A stretch of 64,000 nucleotides of DNA, taken from positions 74,464,001 to 74,528,000 of the forward strand of contig NC_045697.1 of assembly GCF_009834535.1 (NCBI RefSeq), written 5' to 3'. Shown here in pieces: positions 39,347 through 51,941 of this stretch. A model generated the notes under the pieces. That model ran no database searches. It had not been told where the DNA came from and saw only the letters and a list, made by a program, of their open reading frames with translations. This stretch comes from Camelus ferus. Taxonomy: Eukaryota. Numbering within the stretch: position 1 is the stretch's first letter; every line of letters begins with the position of its first letter. Made by a program: the position numbers and the translations under genes.

Positions 39347-40204
39347 CAGTGAAAATCTCCAGAACTAAATAACTTGAACTAGGCTAAGGTCTAATTTAGG
39401 TATTTTTTTCTTGGACTCCTAATGGAAAGGAATCAAAAAGGGGAAAAGCCCACCAACTGCTGAGCTCACTAAATGTCTCTCCCTTTATGTCAAACCTAGC
39501 AGTATTAAAATGAAACAAAAGCAAAAAAAAAAAAAAAAAAAAAAAAAGTTTAAAATCTATTTATTCCAAAAGAGTCTGATGGACAGACATTTTAGTATCT
39601 CAATAATGTTCTAGTGTGGTGGTATATATTTCTTTTTTCTTAGTAAAGGTATTGCCCTTTCCCTTGCTTAATGGATATTACAAATTTTTAAAGAGATCAT
39701 AGCAAAGAAAACAATTTAGAGAGATTTTTATCTGGTGCATTCTCTCTGCAAGGTGTGTGACAACCTAACCAGGCTACTGATAGAGTGCCATGCCCAACAC
39801 CACTGCCAGGACCTTTCCTTCACCTGATGGTGTAAGTTTCTCTTGTCAGTTGGAACCTCCCAAGTTCCACAAAATGGTAATGTTTTGGAACAATTGGTAC
39901 AGTAGAATGTCTTTCATCATTTAACTTGGTGGAGGCAAGGCCAGAGGGGGACTATAAATCAGTAAGCCTTTGAGTCAAAGCCAGAAAATATGGCTTTAGA
40001 TCCATTTTTAATGATTCATTTCCTTTTTGGTCACGTAACTATACAACTGAAGATGAAAGGGGAGAATAGAAAATTTCACTTTTAGGTGCCAATAATACAT
40101 TGCACTACACTGATGGAAGAAGTTATCCAAAGTACTGTATAACATCTTGTTTATTATTTAATGTTTTCTAAAGTGAAAAATGTTTGTGGTTTTCCAGACA
40201 GCCA

Positions 40205-40230
40205 AATAAAAATAATTCTTTGTAAATAAA
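40205..40230 (+). promoter_or_regulatory. Tandem polyadenylation signals of NPNT
   Basis: AATAAA at 40205-40210 and 40225-40230, followed by gttgtctatttcttgttttgagtttttggttttt. Confidence 0.75.
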
Positions 40231-41199
40231 AACACTGTTAATAATACCAGTTGTCTATTTCTTGTTTTGAGTTTTTGGTTTTTTTTTTTAACTAGGAGAA
40301 GAATTATCAGGGTAATTTGATTTTTTATAAAAGCCATCTATAGTAGAACCTCTCTACTACTTGGAAGATTGGGGACAAAGATATTGGCCATATTATTATG
40401 CCTTCTGGGTTATAAAATATGAGGCACTTTTTGTTCACGTGCACAAGAGATTAAAGGATCACTGTAACATAACTAGAGCAATTTGCTAAGGTATGACTTC
40501 TTGTATCTCATTTAGTTGTAAACATTTGCCTCAAACCCTTTTAGGTAAAGGCAGGATAAGCTATAAGTAAAGATATAAATATATATGAATTAGAAGCACA
40601 AAGTCTTTTTTACTAGTGCTGTATTGTTAATTTATGACATTTTACTCATTATCTTTCCTGATGGAGAAAATAACTATAAGGAAATAAAACTAACGGTATC
40701 ATTCAATATCAAAAATTAGTCCTCAGTAGAGACTATGCTTAATGGCTTCTTTCTGATACTCAGGGAACCCTTAGTGGCTAGGAGACTCAAGTTTTGGATA
40801 CATACTTTAAGCAAAAGGTAAAGAAAAACTGCAGCCTCCTTATCTCAGAGTTGTTTCTTTATCTCAGAGATCCTTCCTAATCATCCCCAGGAGACCTGAG
40901 AAAGCTGAGGTTTTCCAGAAGTTAAACCTCTTGTGAAACTGAGGTTGTAGGTGGGAGGAAGCAGTTCAGTAAGAGGTTCCAGACTCCAGTTCATTGATTT
41001 ACCTGATAGATTTTACAGCACTTACTACAGGCACGGCTCTTGGGTACAACAGTAAGCACACTCCCCTTTGTGAGGTTTCAAACTAGAGAAGAAGATGGGT
41101 ATTTATCAAAATCATATAAATAAATGCAAAATTGCTGTTCTGAAAAGTGGTATACCGTTAAGGCTCTGAAAGTATGGTGGGTTCCAGGACTTTTGGCCC

Positions 41200-41390
41200 A
41201 CTGCTTTTCAAACTCAGATGTGCATGTGGGTGGGAATCACCTGGAGATGTTAAAATTCAGCTTCTGATTCAATGGATCTGGAGTAGGGCTTGAGAGTCCG
41301 CATTTCTAACCAGCTCCCAGGTGATGCCTGTGCTGTTGGTGTTGGGGCCCAATTTGTATTACAAACCCTTAGTGATAATACATGGAGGGG
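41200..41390. mobile_element. MER5-like hAT-Charlie DNA transposon
   Basis: gaatcacctggagatgttaaaattcag...tgagagtccgcatttctaaccagctcccaggtgatgcc. Confidence 0.75.
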
Positions 41391-43481
41391 ACTGGGGCCT
41401 TCACCTCTGTTAACGTTCGCTGTTGTTGGAAGGCCTAAAGGTACATGGTTGCAAGATCTACATTCACAAATATTCACTAAGTTTTGGTGCATTTTTTCCT
41501 TTAAAAAACTTTTGGCTCAACATACAGACTACTAACAAATAGACAAGTATTAGTTTAAAAGAACAGAAATTCTGGTTATAATAGTAGGATTGCAAAAATG
41601 AAAAACTGACCAAGGTAACAGATTTAAGCTGCCAGGAGAAAGAATCAGTGAGCTTGAAGATAGGTCAGTTGAGATTATCCAATTTGAGGAACAGAAAGAT
41701 AAACTTTAAGGATAAACAACTAGACTTGCAGTCAACAAGGAAATCAAAGACTTGAAAAATTCTATAAACCAACCAGCCCTAACATCTATATAACACTCCA
41801 CTGAACACAAGACTATACATTTTTCTCAAATGCACAGAGATGCTGACAGACCATAAATTAGGCCATATAACATTACCTCCAATTTAAAAGGATTGAAATT
41901 ATACTAAATATGTTCTTCTACCACACTGGATGAAATTAGAAGTCAATAACGGAAATTTGAGAAATTTGTGGAAATTAAACAACAGGCTTCTAGCCAATAA
42001 CTGAAAGAAGAACTCCCAAGGAAATTAACAAATATTTTGAGATTAATAAAAATGAAAACACAACAGGCCCAAACTTATGGGATACAACTAAAGCATTGCT
42101 TATAAGGAAATTTGTATTTGTAAGTGCCTATATTAAAAAAGAAGATCTCAAATCAATAATCTAAACTTCAACCTTATAAAATTAGAACAAATTAAATCAC
42201 AGTAAGCAAAATCACAGCAGAAGGAATGAAATAAAGATGATAGTAGGAAAAAATGAAATACCAATATAGAAAAAAATCAGTGAAAATAAAAGCTGGTTCT
42301 TTGAAAAGATTAACAAAATGTATGAACATTTAGCTAGACTGAAAAAGGAAGAAAGATGGTAAGATTAGGAATGAAAGAGGGGACATCACTGACCTTACAG
42401 GAATACAAAGGATTATAAGGGAATACTATAAACAACCTAATGTCAACAAAATAAGATAACTTAGATGACAAGCACAGAGTCTTAGATACAAACTATTGAA
42501 TCTGAATCAGGAAGAAATAGAAACCTGAATAGACCAATTGCAAGTAAATAGATTGAGCTAATAATCAAAAACTTTCCACACTGGAAAGCCAACTCTCAAA
42601 TAGCAATACTTAAAATGGTGAAGTAAAAAAGTATTTAAGAATTAATACCAAGTATTCATAAAGTTTTTAATATTATGGAGGACGATGCACTTCCCATCTC
42701 CTTCCATGAGACCAGTAAATAGAGTTCGTTTGGAGATTACTGCTGTCTTTAAGAATATTGTCTTTCATTTCATGAACGTGGGATGCAGCAAAGACAGTGC
42801 TCAGGGACTTACAGCAGTAAACACCAGTAAATAGTGAAAAAAAAGATCTCAGGTCAGTACCCTAAATTTATGTTAAGGAACTAGAAAAACAGGTGCAAAT
42901 TAAACTCAAAGCTAGTGGAAGGAAGAAAATAATAAAGATATAAATGAAGATAAATGAAAGAGAGAAAAGAAAAACAACACATAGACTCAACAAAGGGAAA
43001 AATTGGTTTTCTGAAAGGATCAACAAAATTTTAAATCTTTAGCTAGACTAACAACAACAAAAAGACCCAAATAACTAAAATCAGAAATGAAAGTGGAGAT
43101 GTTACCACTAAGCTTACAGAAATAAAAGGATTGTAAGAGAACACTATGAACAATTATGTGCCAACAAATTAGACATTCTAGATGAAAGGACAAATTTCTA
43201 CAAATTACCACACACACACACACACACAAAACTATAACCTCAAGAAGACAAAGAAAATCCCAGCAGACCTATCACAAGTAAAAAGAGTGAAGCAGTAATC
43301 AAACCCCCCCTCAAAAAGAAAACTCCAGACCATTGTCATGATGAATTCTACCAAAACTTAAAGAATTAATATCAATTCTTCAAACTCTACCAAGAAATAG
43401 ATGAGGGAACACTTCCTCATTCTATGAAGACAATATTACAAATACCAAAGCTAGGTAAAGATATCACAAGAAAAGAAAATA

Positions 43482-43704
43482 CAGTTGACCCTTAAACAAC
43501 ACAGATTTGAACAGTTTGGGTCCACTTATATATGGATTTGTTTTTTCAATAAATACATACTACAGTACTCCATGATCTGAGATTGGTTGAATCTACGGAT
43601 ACAGAATCACAGATATGGAATGCCAACTATCAAGTTACACTCAGATTTTCAATTTCCCTAGGGGGTCAGTAGCATTAACCCCTGCATTGTTCAAGGGTCA
43701 ACTA
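43482..43704. mobile_element. Tigger2a-like MITE inserted at a TA in L1
   Basis: Inverted ends cagttgacccttaaacaa...ttgttcaagggtcaacta; interrupts L1 aaaagaaaata|cagatcagtatcc. Confidence 0.85.
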
Positions 43705-44565
43705 TGCAGATCAGTATCCTTTATGAATATAGGTACAAACATCCTCAACAAAATACTGGCAAACTGAATCTAATAGCACATTAAAAAGGTTATACATCAT
43801 GCAGGTCTTATGCCAGAAAGGCAAGGATTTATGCCAAGAAGGCAAAGGTGGTTCAAAACAAGAAAATCGATCATTCAACATTTTACTGGATATTCCAGCT
43901 AAAGCAATTAGACCAGAAGAAGAAGTAATATGTATTGGAAAGGAAGAAGTAAAACTATCTCTATTTGCAGATGGCATGATCCTACATATAGAAAATCCCA
44001 ATGAATCCACAGAAAAGCTATTAGAGTTAGAAACCAAATTGAGCCAAGTTGCAGGCAATAAAATAAACAGTAAAAACTCAGTTTTTCTTTGCACCAGCAT
44101 TGAGCAACATGAAAACTGAGAAAACAGTTTCATTTACAGCAGCATCCAAAAGAATAACTAAGAATACATTTAAGCCAGAAAGAGAAAGAGAAATGCCATA
44201 TGATATCACTTATATGTGGAATCTCAAAAAAGAGAACACAAATGAACCTATCTACAAAACAGAAACAGACTCACAGACAGAGAGAAAAAACTTATGGTGA
44301 CCAGAGTGTAAAGGAGGTGAGAAGGGATAAATATGTAATTCGAAAATTGCACCTCTTGGGGAGTGATGGAAATGTGAGCTATCCTGATTGTTGTAGTGGT
44401 TTCATGAGGGTATATATACATCTGTCAAAATTCATCAAATTGTAATATTTGAAATGTGTAGTTTACTGTATAGGAACCATACCACAATAAAGGTGTTAAA
44501 AAAATACGTATGACCAAGAAGTTGAAAGACTTGTATATGGGAAACTAAAAACATTGCTAAAATTA

Positions 44566-45014
44566 TGTGATGAAATAAAATTCATATTTCATGGTAAGAT
44601 GAAAAAAATTTAAACAAAATTCTTTGCCCACTTGGGCCTCCTCCCTTCCCTTTAGTGTGTATTGTACGCCTGCATTAACTAGACTTCCTTAGGAGGTAAC
44701 ATCCCTCCTTAATCTAATTGAGGGTTAAAACTCCTTAGGTGATAACCTTCTTTCTTAATCTTGTAAGGGGCTATGAAGACCCATGATCCACTATTGCTTG
44801 TATGTGTAGATCTGGATTGTGTTAACAGTCAATAATACATCATTTGATATATAACCCTTTGTGTCAAAAACATATATAACTGTGCTTTGACTTCTACCAG
44901 GCAGAACAGTCCTCAGAGCTTTCTAAAAGATTGTCTCCTAGGTTATAAATCCTCAGGTTGGCTTGAATAAAATTTTCTTTCTTAGATCCACTATTGATTA
45001 ATTTTTCATCTATA
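44566..45014 (+). mobile_element. Solo ERV LTR inserted in L1
   Basis: Starts tgtgatgaaa, ends tttcatcta; TATA-like catatataa at ~44871 and AATAAA at ~44966; L1 is collinear on both sides. Confidence 0.7.
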
Positions 45015-45877
45015 AATATAAGAAGATCTAAATAAATGGAAAGACATTCTGTATTTATGGATTAAAAGACATAATATTGTTAAGATGTTAATACTAACAA
45101 AAGTGATCTACATATTCAGTACATGTTTTGAAAAAATTGGAACACCAGTGTTCAAACTGATACGGTATTTCAAAGAACCTCAAATAAGCAAAATAATGGG
45201 ATTCACAATTTCCATTTTCAAAACTTACTGCAAAGTATGGTCATCAGAACAGTGGGGCATGGGCATAAGGAAAGACATGGACCAGTGGAATAAAATTAAG
45301 AGTTCAGAAATAAACCCATAATATGGTCAATTACCTTTTGACCAGGGTTCCAAGAGCATTCACTGGGGAAAGAACAGCCTCTCCAACAAATGGTGCTGGG
45401 ACAACTAGATATCCATATGTAAAAGAATGACATTGGACCCATACCTCACACGACAGACAAAAATTAATCAGTGACTTGAATGTAAGAGCTAATACAAAAC
45501 TCGGAGAATAAAATATACAGGTGAATTTTCAAGACCTTCAGATTTGGCAAAGGATTCTTAGCTATGGCACCAAAAGCATGAGTAACAAAACAAAAAAATA
45601 GAATGTATTTTATGAAAATTAAAACATTTTTTGCAAAAGGACACAATCAAGAGAGTGAAAAGACTACCCATCAAATCAGAAAAAATATTTGTGAAATGTA
45701 TATCTCATAAGGACCTAGTATACAGAATGCATAAAGAACTTTTACTACTCACCAAACAACCCAATTAAAACACAGGTGAAGAATCTGAACAGACATTACT
45801 CAAAAAAAAAAAAGGAAACATCTATACAAATGGTCTATAAGCACATGAAAAAATACTCATCATAATTAGTCTTTCGG

Positions 45878-46719
45878 TGTTCTGAGACTCAGTTTCCAGT
45901 GTGTGTGAGTGTGTGTGTGTGCGCGCGTGAGTGCAGGGAGACAGTGGATTCCCAATGCTAACAAACAATTCTTGGACACCAGTGAGGTGTCCAAGATTTT
46001 AACTCAATTCTGACATTATCTATCCACATTTTCTACCCGGAGATAGCAACAGATTTCACAGGTAAGGATTCAGTGTTACGAGATTGTCCCCAGTGCCCAC
46101 ACTTCTGACCCCAGTCGCACGCTCAGTCTGTTACCCGTGCTTATGACTGACCAGCTACAGATTGGAGGTTTCCTATGACCCCCTTCTTGGGTTCATATAA
46201 TTTGCTAGAGTGGCTCACTGAACTCAGAGACATTTTACTTATTAATTTACTGATTTATTATAAAAGGAACAGCCAGATAGAAGAAATGCACAGGACAAGG
46301 TACGGGGAAGGGGTGCAGAGCTTCCAGGCCTTCTCCAGGCGCCTATCCCAGAACCTCCACGTGTTCACCAACCCAGACGCTCTTCAAACCCTGATCTTTT
46401 GGCGTTTTACAGAGGCTTCACTAGACAGATATAATTGATTAAATCATTGGTGATTGGTGGCTGTTTTAACCTCCATCCCCTTCTCCCCTCCCCAGAGGTC
46501 CAGAGGTAGGGCTGAAAGTTCCAACCCTCTAATCACAGTTAGATCTCATGGCAACCAGCCCCCATCCTTAGGTGTAGTTCAAAAGTCACTCCATTAACAT
46601 AACAGAAGAATCATTATTGCTCACCTCACTTAAGAAATTTCAAGGGTTTTAGGAGTTCTGTGCTAGAAACAGGAACGAAGACTGAATATATATTTCTCAT
46701 TATAAATCACAATATCACA
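45878..46719 (-). mobile_element. MER21-like LTR inserted in L1
   Basis: Reverse complement begins tgtgatattgtgatttataatgagaaatatatattc; L1 resumes with gtcattagggaaatgcaaattaaaac. Confidence 0.78.
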
Positions 46720-48128
46720 ATTGTCATTAGGGAAATGCAAATTAAAACGACAATATGATATCACTTCACATCCTCTAAGTAGGTGATAATCAAGAGAATG
46801 GAACGTAACAAGTGTTGGTGACGATGTAGAGAAATTGAATATTGCTCGTGGGACTATCAAATGGAGCAACCACTGTGGAAAACAGTTTGGTAATTTCTCA
46901 AAAAGTTAAACAGTTACCCTAAGACCCAGAAGTTTCACTCCTAGGTCTATACCCGAGGTTTTTAAGACAAGCACTTAAACAAATACTTGTCCGCAAATTT
47001 TCATAAAAGCACTATTCATAACAAGCAAAAGGTGGAAATAACCACATCTCTATTAACAGATGAATAGATAAGCGAATTATGGTGCATCTAATGACAGAAT
47101 ACTATTCAGCCACAAGATGGAATGAAGCCCTGTTTATGTACTGCAATGCGGATTAACCTCAAAAGCATTATGCAAAGTGAAAGGAGTCAAACACAAAGGT
47201 CACATTCTATTACTCCACTTATATGAAATATCCAGAATAGATAAATCAAAAGGAACAGAAAGTAAATTGGTGGATGCCAGAGGGAGAATGGAGAGTAACT
47301 GCTTAATGGGTAAGGGATTTATTTGGGGTGATTAAAATATTCTGGAACCAAATATATGTCGTGGTTTCAACACCCTTCAAGTATAGGACATGCCACTGAA
47401 TTGTTTGCTTCAAAATGGGTAATTTTATGTCAGATGTGTTTCATCTTATAAAGTATTTTTAAAATTTTCAAATCATGTAGCAGAAAAAAAGGAGAAAAAA
47501 TAAACAGATGATGACAAGTAGAAAACAAAGAGCAAGTGGGTAGATTTAAACCCAGCTCTACCAGTAATCATATAATGTATAAATAGTCTAAACATTCTAA
47601 TTCAAGAGACTGTCAGATTAGATGAGAAAAGCAAGATTGAACTAAACGCTGCCTAGAAGACACAAATAATAAAAAACAAAACTTTTGCTCACGGCATACT
47701 TAAATTTGCTAACCCGGTACAGAACATTGCTTTGTCTGACAAATGGCAGGGCCTTTCAGAATAAGAAAGTCATAACTGAAGACACAAATATAAATGAGGC
47801 AGTGATCCAGGAAGCCCACATTTTAGAAGACAAAGGGACATTCATGAACTGGGGATAATTTACTAGAAATGCCTTTCAGGGCTCCAGGATGTAGAAACCT
47901 GAAAGCAGCTTGGAGTTAACAGTGGAGGTTAATTCCAAGTTGATTACTTGGGGCTCATTCACTAAAAGCCAAAAATTGAGCCCTCACTCATAATCAGGTA
48001 GTTTAACTTCTGAGAGCATAGATTGCTACTCTACTTCCATGCCTACCTTCATTTTCCAGACCAAGCCCCCGCAGGTGTTCTGATTCTGCTCACAGACAGT
48101 CTTTTCAGGATGTGTTGAATTCGTTAAC

Positions 48129-48340
48129 ATTGTGGGTCCCAACTGGGGGTAATTTTGACCCTCGGGGACAGTTGGTAATGACTAGAGATATTTTTAGATG
48201 TCACAACTTGGAGGTGTTACTGGCATCAGTGGGTAAAGGTCGGATAAGTTGTTAACCATCCTATAAAGCACAGGACAGCTCCACACAACGAAGAATTATC
48301 TGGCCTAAAATGTCAGTAGTGCCAAGGTTGCAAAAGCCTG
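48129..48340. mobile_element. MER20 DNA transposon
   Basis: gggggtaattttgaccctcggggacagttggtaatg...gaagaattatctggcctaaaatgtcagtagtgccaaggttg. Confidence 0.85.
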
Positions 48341-48361
48341 ATCTTAATCAATGATTCTAAA

Positions 48362-48540
48362 CCAATGATTTCCAAAGAGTGGTTTCAAACCTTGCAGTGC
48401 CCATACTGAGAATGTATTAGAATCGTGCATCCTCAGGCTCCATACCTGACTTGCAGAGTCAGAAACTCTGGAGGTGAAGCCCAGCAATCTGTGTTTTAAT
48501 GAGCTCCCCTGCTGACTCAGGAAAGTGTTGGTTTGAGGTT
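48362..48540. mobile_element. MER5-like DNA transposon
   Basis: gagtcagaaactctggaggtgaagcccagcaatctgtgttttaatgagc. Confidence 0.65.
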
Positions 48541-49751
48541 AAATTTCTTCACAAACTCGTTCCGCTCCCCCTCTCCCCACCTCTTCAGTGCTCTCCTACT
48601 ACCACTTCACTCTGAACTTTAACATCACCGTTCTACCAAAACTGCTTCTTCGAAGGCTGTTTGTTATCTTGTTTATGGTTCCACCGTTCAACCCACATCC
48701 ACCATCATACCAGCAGCACTGGACAGTGGTGATCCCTGAACCCACTTCCTTAAAATCCTCTTCTTCTCTGGCCTCCATAAACTGCACTCCTACACTTCCA
48801 ACCAATCACTGGAAAAATCCAAGTTGCCCCGGACTTGCTAAGTCCCAAACTGTATGAATACAGTTTATTATTATTCCTCTGCCTTTGCCTTTCCCCCAAA
48901 CCTTCCCCCTACCCTTGTCAATCCCACCCTTCTCTGAATAAAAGCAATCTTTTATCAAGGTCATTAATCCTTGAAATCTGATACTGTTTTTTTTAATACT
49001 TATTTTTATTTCTATTTATTCAAATCATTAATGAATTCTAATAGTTCTGCCTCTGAAACAGTTCTTCTGACTCTGTCTCACACAAATCAAAAATGCAAAA
49101 TATTTGAGATGACTTTTTAATTTGAGGTTGAGAGGGAGAGTGATGATTTAATTCACAAGGCATTTTAAATGACAGGTCAGTAGTCTGACCCCTCTCGTGA
49201 ACTAGTTTTGTTTCTTTGGCAGTCAAGAGCCATGGATGCAAAGCAGAACTTTTTTAGTTATCTTTTTTAATTGTATGTACTTTTATAAGCTCTTTCTAAT
49301 ATGTTATTAAATACGATACGTAAAACAAAACAGAACATACCTTGGTTCCTGCAGGGTTGAATGCAGCCGTCCAAGTTATCTGAAGAGCTGGAGACTGACA
49401 GCAGGAAGCTTGGGATATTTAGGAATAAACAGGAAACAGCCTTTTCTTTTTCTTTTTAATAGAGATCAAATGATTAGCCATGAGCTGTACCTTTCACCCT
49501 TGTTAGTCCAAGTATGGTCAGTGAACGAGCCACATAAGCATCACCTGAGTGCTTTTAGAAACAGACTCACGTGCCCACCTTAAACCTAATGAAGCAAAAG
49601 CCACAGATACCAAGCATCCTTAGGTGATTTGTATGCCTATTAAGGTTTGCGAGGCACCACTTCAGAGTGTAAAGCTTTTCTACAGACCTTAGCCTTTCCC
49701 ACATAGGAGTACCTGTGAGAATAACCTACCCAGGCTTACCACAGTTTAGAA

Positions 49752-50049
49752 CAGTGGGTTCTCACAGTGTGGTCCTGGAACAGCAGCGTCGGCATCACCA
49801 GGGAAGTGTCTGAAATGCAGCGTCTCAGGCGCATCCCAGACCTACTGAATCAAAATCCAGGGGGGAGGGTTTAGCTCAGCGGTAGAGAGCATGCTTAGCA
49901 TGCACAAGGTCCTGGGTTCAGGCCTCAGTTCCTCCATTAACAAATAAATAAACCTGATCACCACTTCACCAAATTTAATGGTGGGGGCCCAGCGGTCTGG
50001 GTGGTAACAGCCCTGCAGTAATTGTGATGCTAATACTAGAGAACCACTG
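49752..50049. mobile_element. MER5A-like DNA transposon split by a SINE
   Basis: Inverted ends cagtgggttctc...gagaaccactg; internal cccagacctactgaatcaaaa|gtggggcccagc. Confidence 0.8.
49860..49978 (+). mobile_element. tRNA-Ala-derived SINE nested in a MER5A-like element
   Basis: ggggagggtttagctcagcggtagagagcatgcttagcatgcacaaggtcctgggttca...cctccattaacaaataaataaa. Confidence 0.88.
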
Positions 50050-51863
50050 CCCGAGGGTCGGCAGTAACCCTAGGCAGGGACGTAACCCCCAGGGAAGCTC
50101 CGTGCCTTTCCTAATGGCTTTGTGAGTGCCTGCAAACACCCACACTGCTGCAGGCACTGCCAAATACCTGAAAAGTGGTTTTCAGGCCAATTCATAATTA
50201 GGAGAACCTGAGTCAATTCTGTTTCATTGGGACTGTGAATAACAACACTTTGGAGATACACAGAAAAGTTACAGTTTACAAAGTGCTTTCCATGCTATTT
50301 AATTTAATCTTCACTGCAATACAAGGACATATACGTAATCACCTCCCACAACAGGTATGAAAACTGAGCTGGAGGAATATTAAGCGACTTTTTAAAGGGC
50401 ATGTTGCTGTGAAGGGGCAGGGCTGGTCTTGGAACCCAAAAGCTCAGCTGCAAAGAGGCATATTATCCTCTTGAAAAGTTAAATGGAGGAGGAGTTTTGG
50501 ATGCAGCGGAAAACTCCAAAATATTTTTATGTTTGGGAAACAAATTTCAGGCATTGAAATTAATAGAGGAAGACCCATAAGAACTAAGATTCACGACTTC
50601 CTCTCTAAAGGTTCAACAACAACAGCAACAATGTGAATATAGAGGGAGAAAAATAAAGCAAATGAGGCAAAATGTTAATATTTGGTAAATCAAAGTGAAG
50701 GATTTGTGAGTTTTCATTGCACAATCTGCGATTTTTCTTTGAAAAATAAAATGCACAGGGCTTTAACGTATGCCTGTGTGCTGGAGTCGTTGATACACTA
50801 TATTTCTTATCTATCATTGCACATATTTTTAGAATTTCAATCAAATAGCTTCTAAGTGTAAAAGAATTTATCTATGCCTGCATTGTGAGGAAGCCGAGAG
50901 TACACAGTTGAATAACAAGCAAGATGCACCTGCATTTTTCTCTTTTGCAGTGAAGCTTATTCATTTAGGCTAATATTCTTCATGGGGCCAACAATTTACT
51001 GTCAAAAGGGCAATTTTGAGTTGCAACTTTTATTAATATGGTTGTTTTCAGTCTAACCACAGGCAGAGGACCAGGCACACAGAGAAGTCCAGGGCATCTT
51101 TAGAGAATAGGCTTTTGAACGCTGTGGCCCTGGCACTGTAATTCTCAAACACCGCAGCCACTGTGCACATTTGGTAACATCTCGGGACCTTTCATAAGCT
51201 GTTCTACTTGTATACCACTTTCCTCGCGTTTCACAGCTAGTGTTTCTAAAAGCCTTTTTGAATAAATACTGAATTGGGAGAAAATAGAAATGCATTATTG
51301 AGACAACTAGGGAAACTGATTTGGATAACAGCATTTCTGTCGGAAAGGAATGATGACAATACCACACTGAGCCTCTTGTAAGAGGCAGTCCTGCCACCCT
51401 GGGCTTGGGCCCTCTTGACCTCTCCTGCCCCTGTGTGGACAGCAAGGAAATCATGATAAGAGCTAAAAATTGCACACTGTTTACAGTTCATAAATGCTTT
51501 TCCATGTACTATCTCGTTTGGCCTCATTTGATAATACACAATTCCCTCATGTGACCGCAGTGCTTGAGTGTAGATAGTATTAAGTTCCTTATTTCATAGA
51601 CAAGAAATCGGAGGGTCACTGAGTAACCAAATTTGCCAAGGTCACTTGGACAGTAGCTACCAGGTCTGATTTTCAAAATGTTCTTATCTACTGCAGAGCC
51701 ACAGTACAAATCAGAGGGGTCCTGCAGGGCTGTGGGGCAAAGCCAGAGCAGGAAGAGGCTTTGAGGTCTGAATATCCACTCAATGGTACCCAGAGAACCC
51801 AGGGAACATTTCTGAAAATTTCAGAAGTCATAAATGCTTACTATAGAATATTGATAAAATTCA

Positions 51864-51941
51864 AAAAAAGAAAAAAAAAAAAAAAGAAAAAGGAAGAAAG
51901 GAAAGAAGGAAGGAGGTAGGGAGGGAAGGAAAGAAGGAAGA
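51864..51941 (+). repeat. Polypurine A/AAGG tract
   Basis: Seen directly. Confidence 0.9.

Larger units (their letters stand above)
37563..40250 (+). other. NPNT: NPNT 3' UTR (approximate end)
   Basis: Follows the stop codon; ends at tandem AATAAA signals with a GT/T-rich downstream element. The cleavage position is inferred. Confidence 0.75.
41630..47680 (+). mobile_element. Composite LINE-1 block (several decayed L1 ORF1/ORF2/3'UTR segments) with nested insertions
   Basis: A-rich sense L1; ORF 43799-44119 contains IGKEEVKLSLFADGMILHIENP (RT FADD region); ORF 45085-45321 contains DQWNKIKSSEINP; many stops and frameshifts. Confidence 0.9.

Noticed and set aside
43711..45646. ORFs in the L1 block as host genes or an active L1
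   Set aside because: Fragmentary ORF2 with deletions, frameshifts, an altered catalytic motif (FADG) and nested insertions.
49860..49936. Functional tRNA-Ala(AGC) gene (also 55675-55752 and the three minus-strand copies)
   Set aside because: Mutated stems and T-loop, extra 5' G-rich bases, A-rich tails and target-site duplications indicate SINEs.
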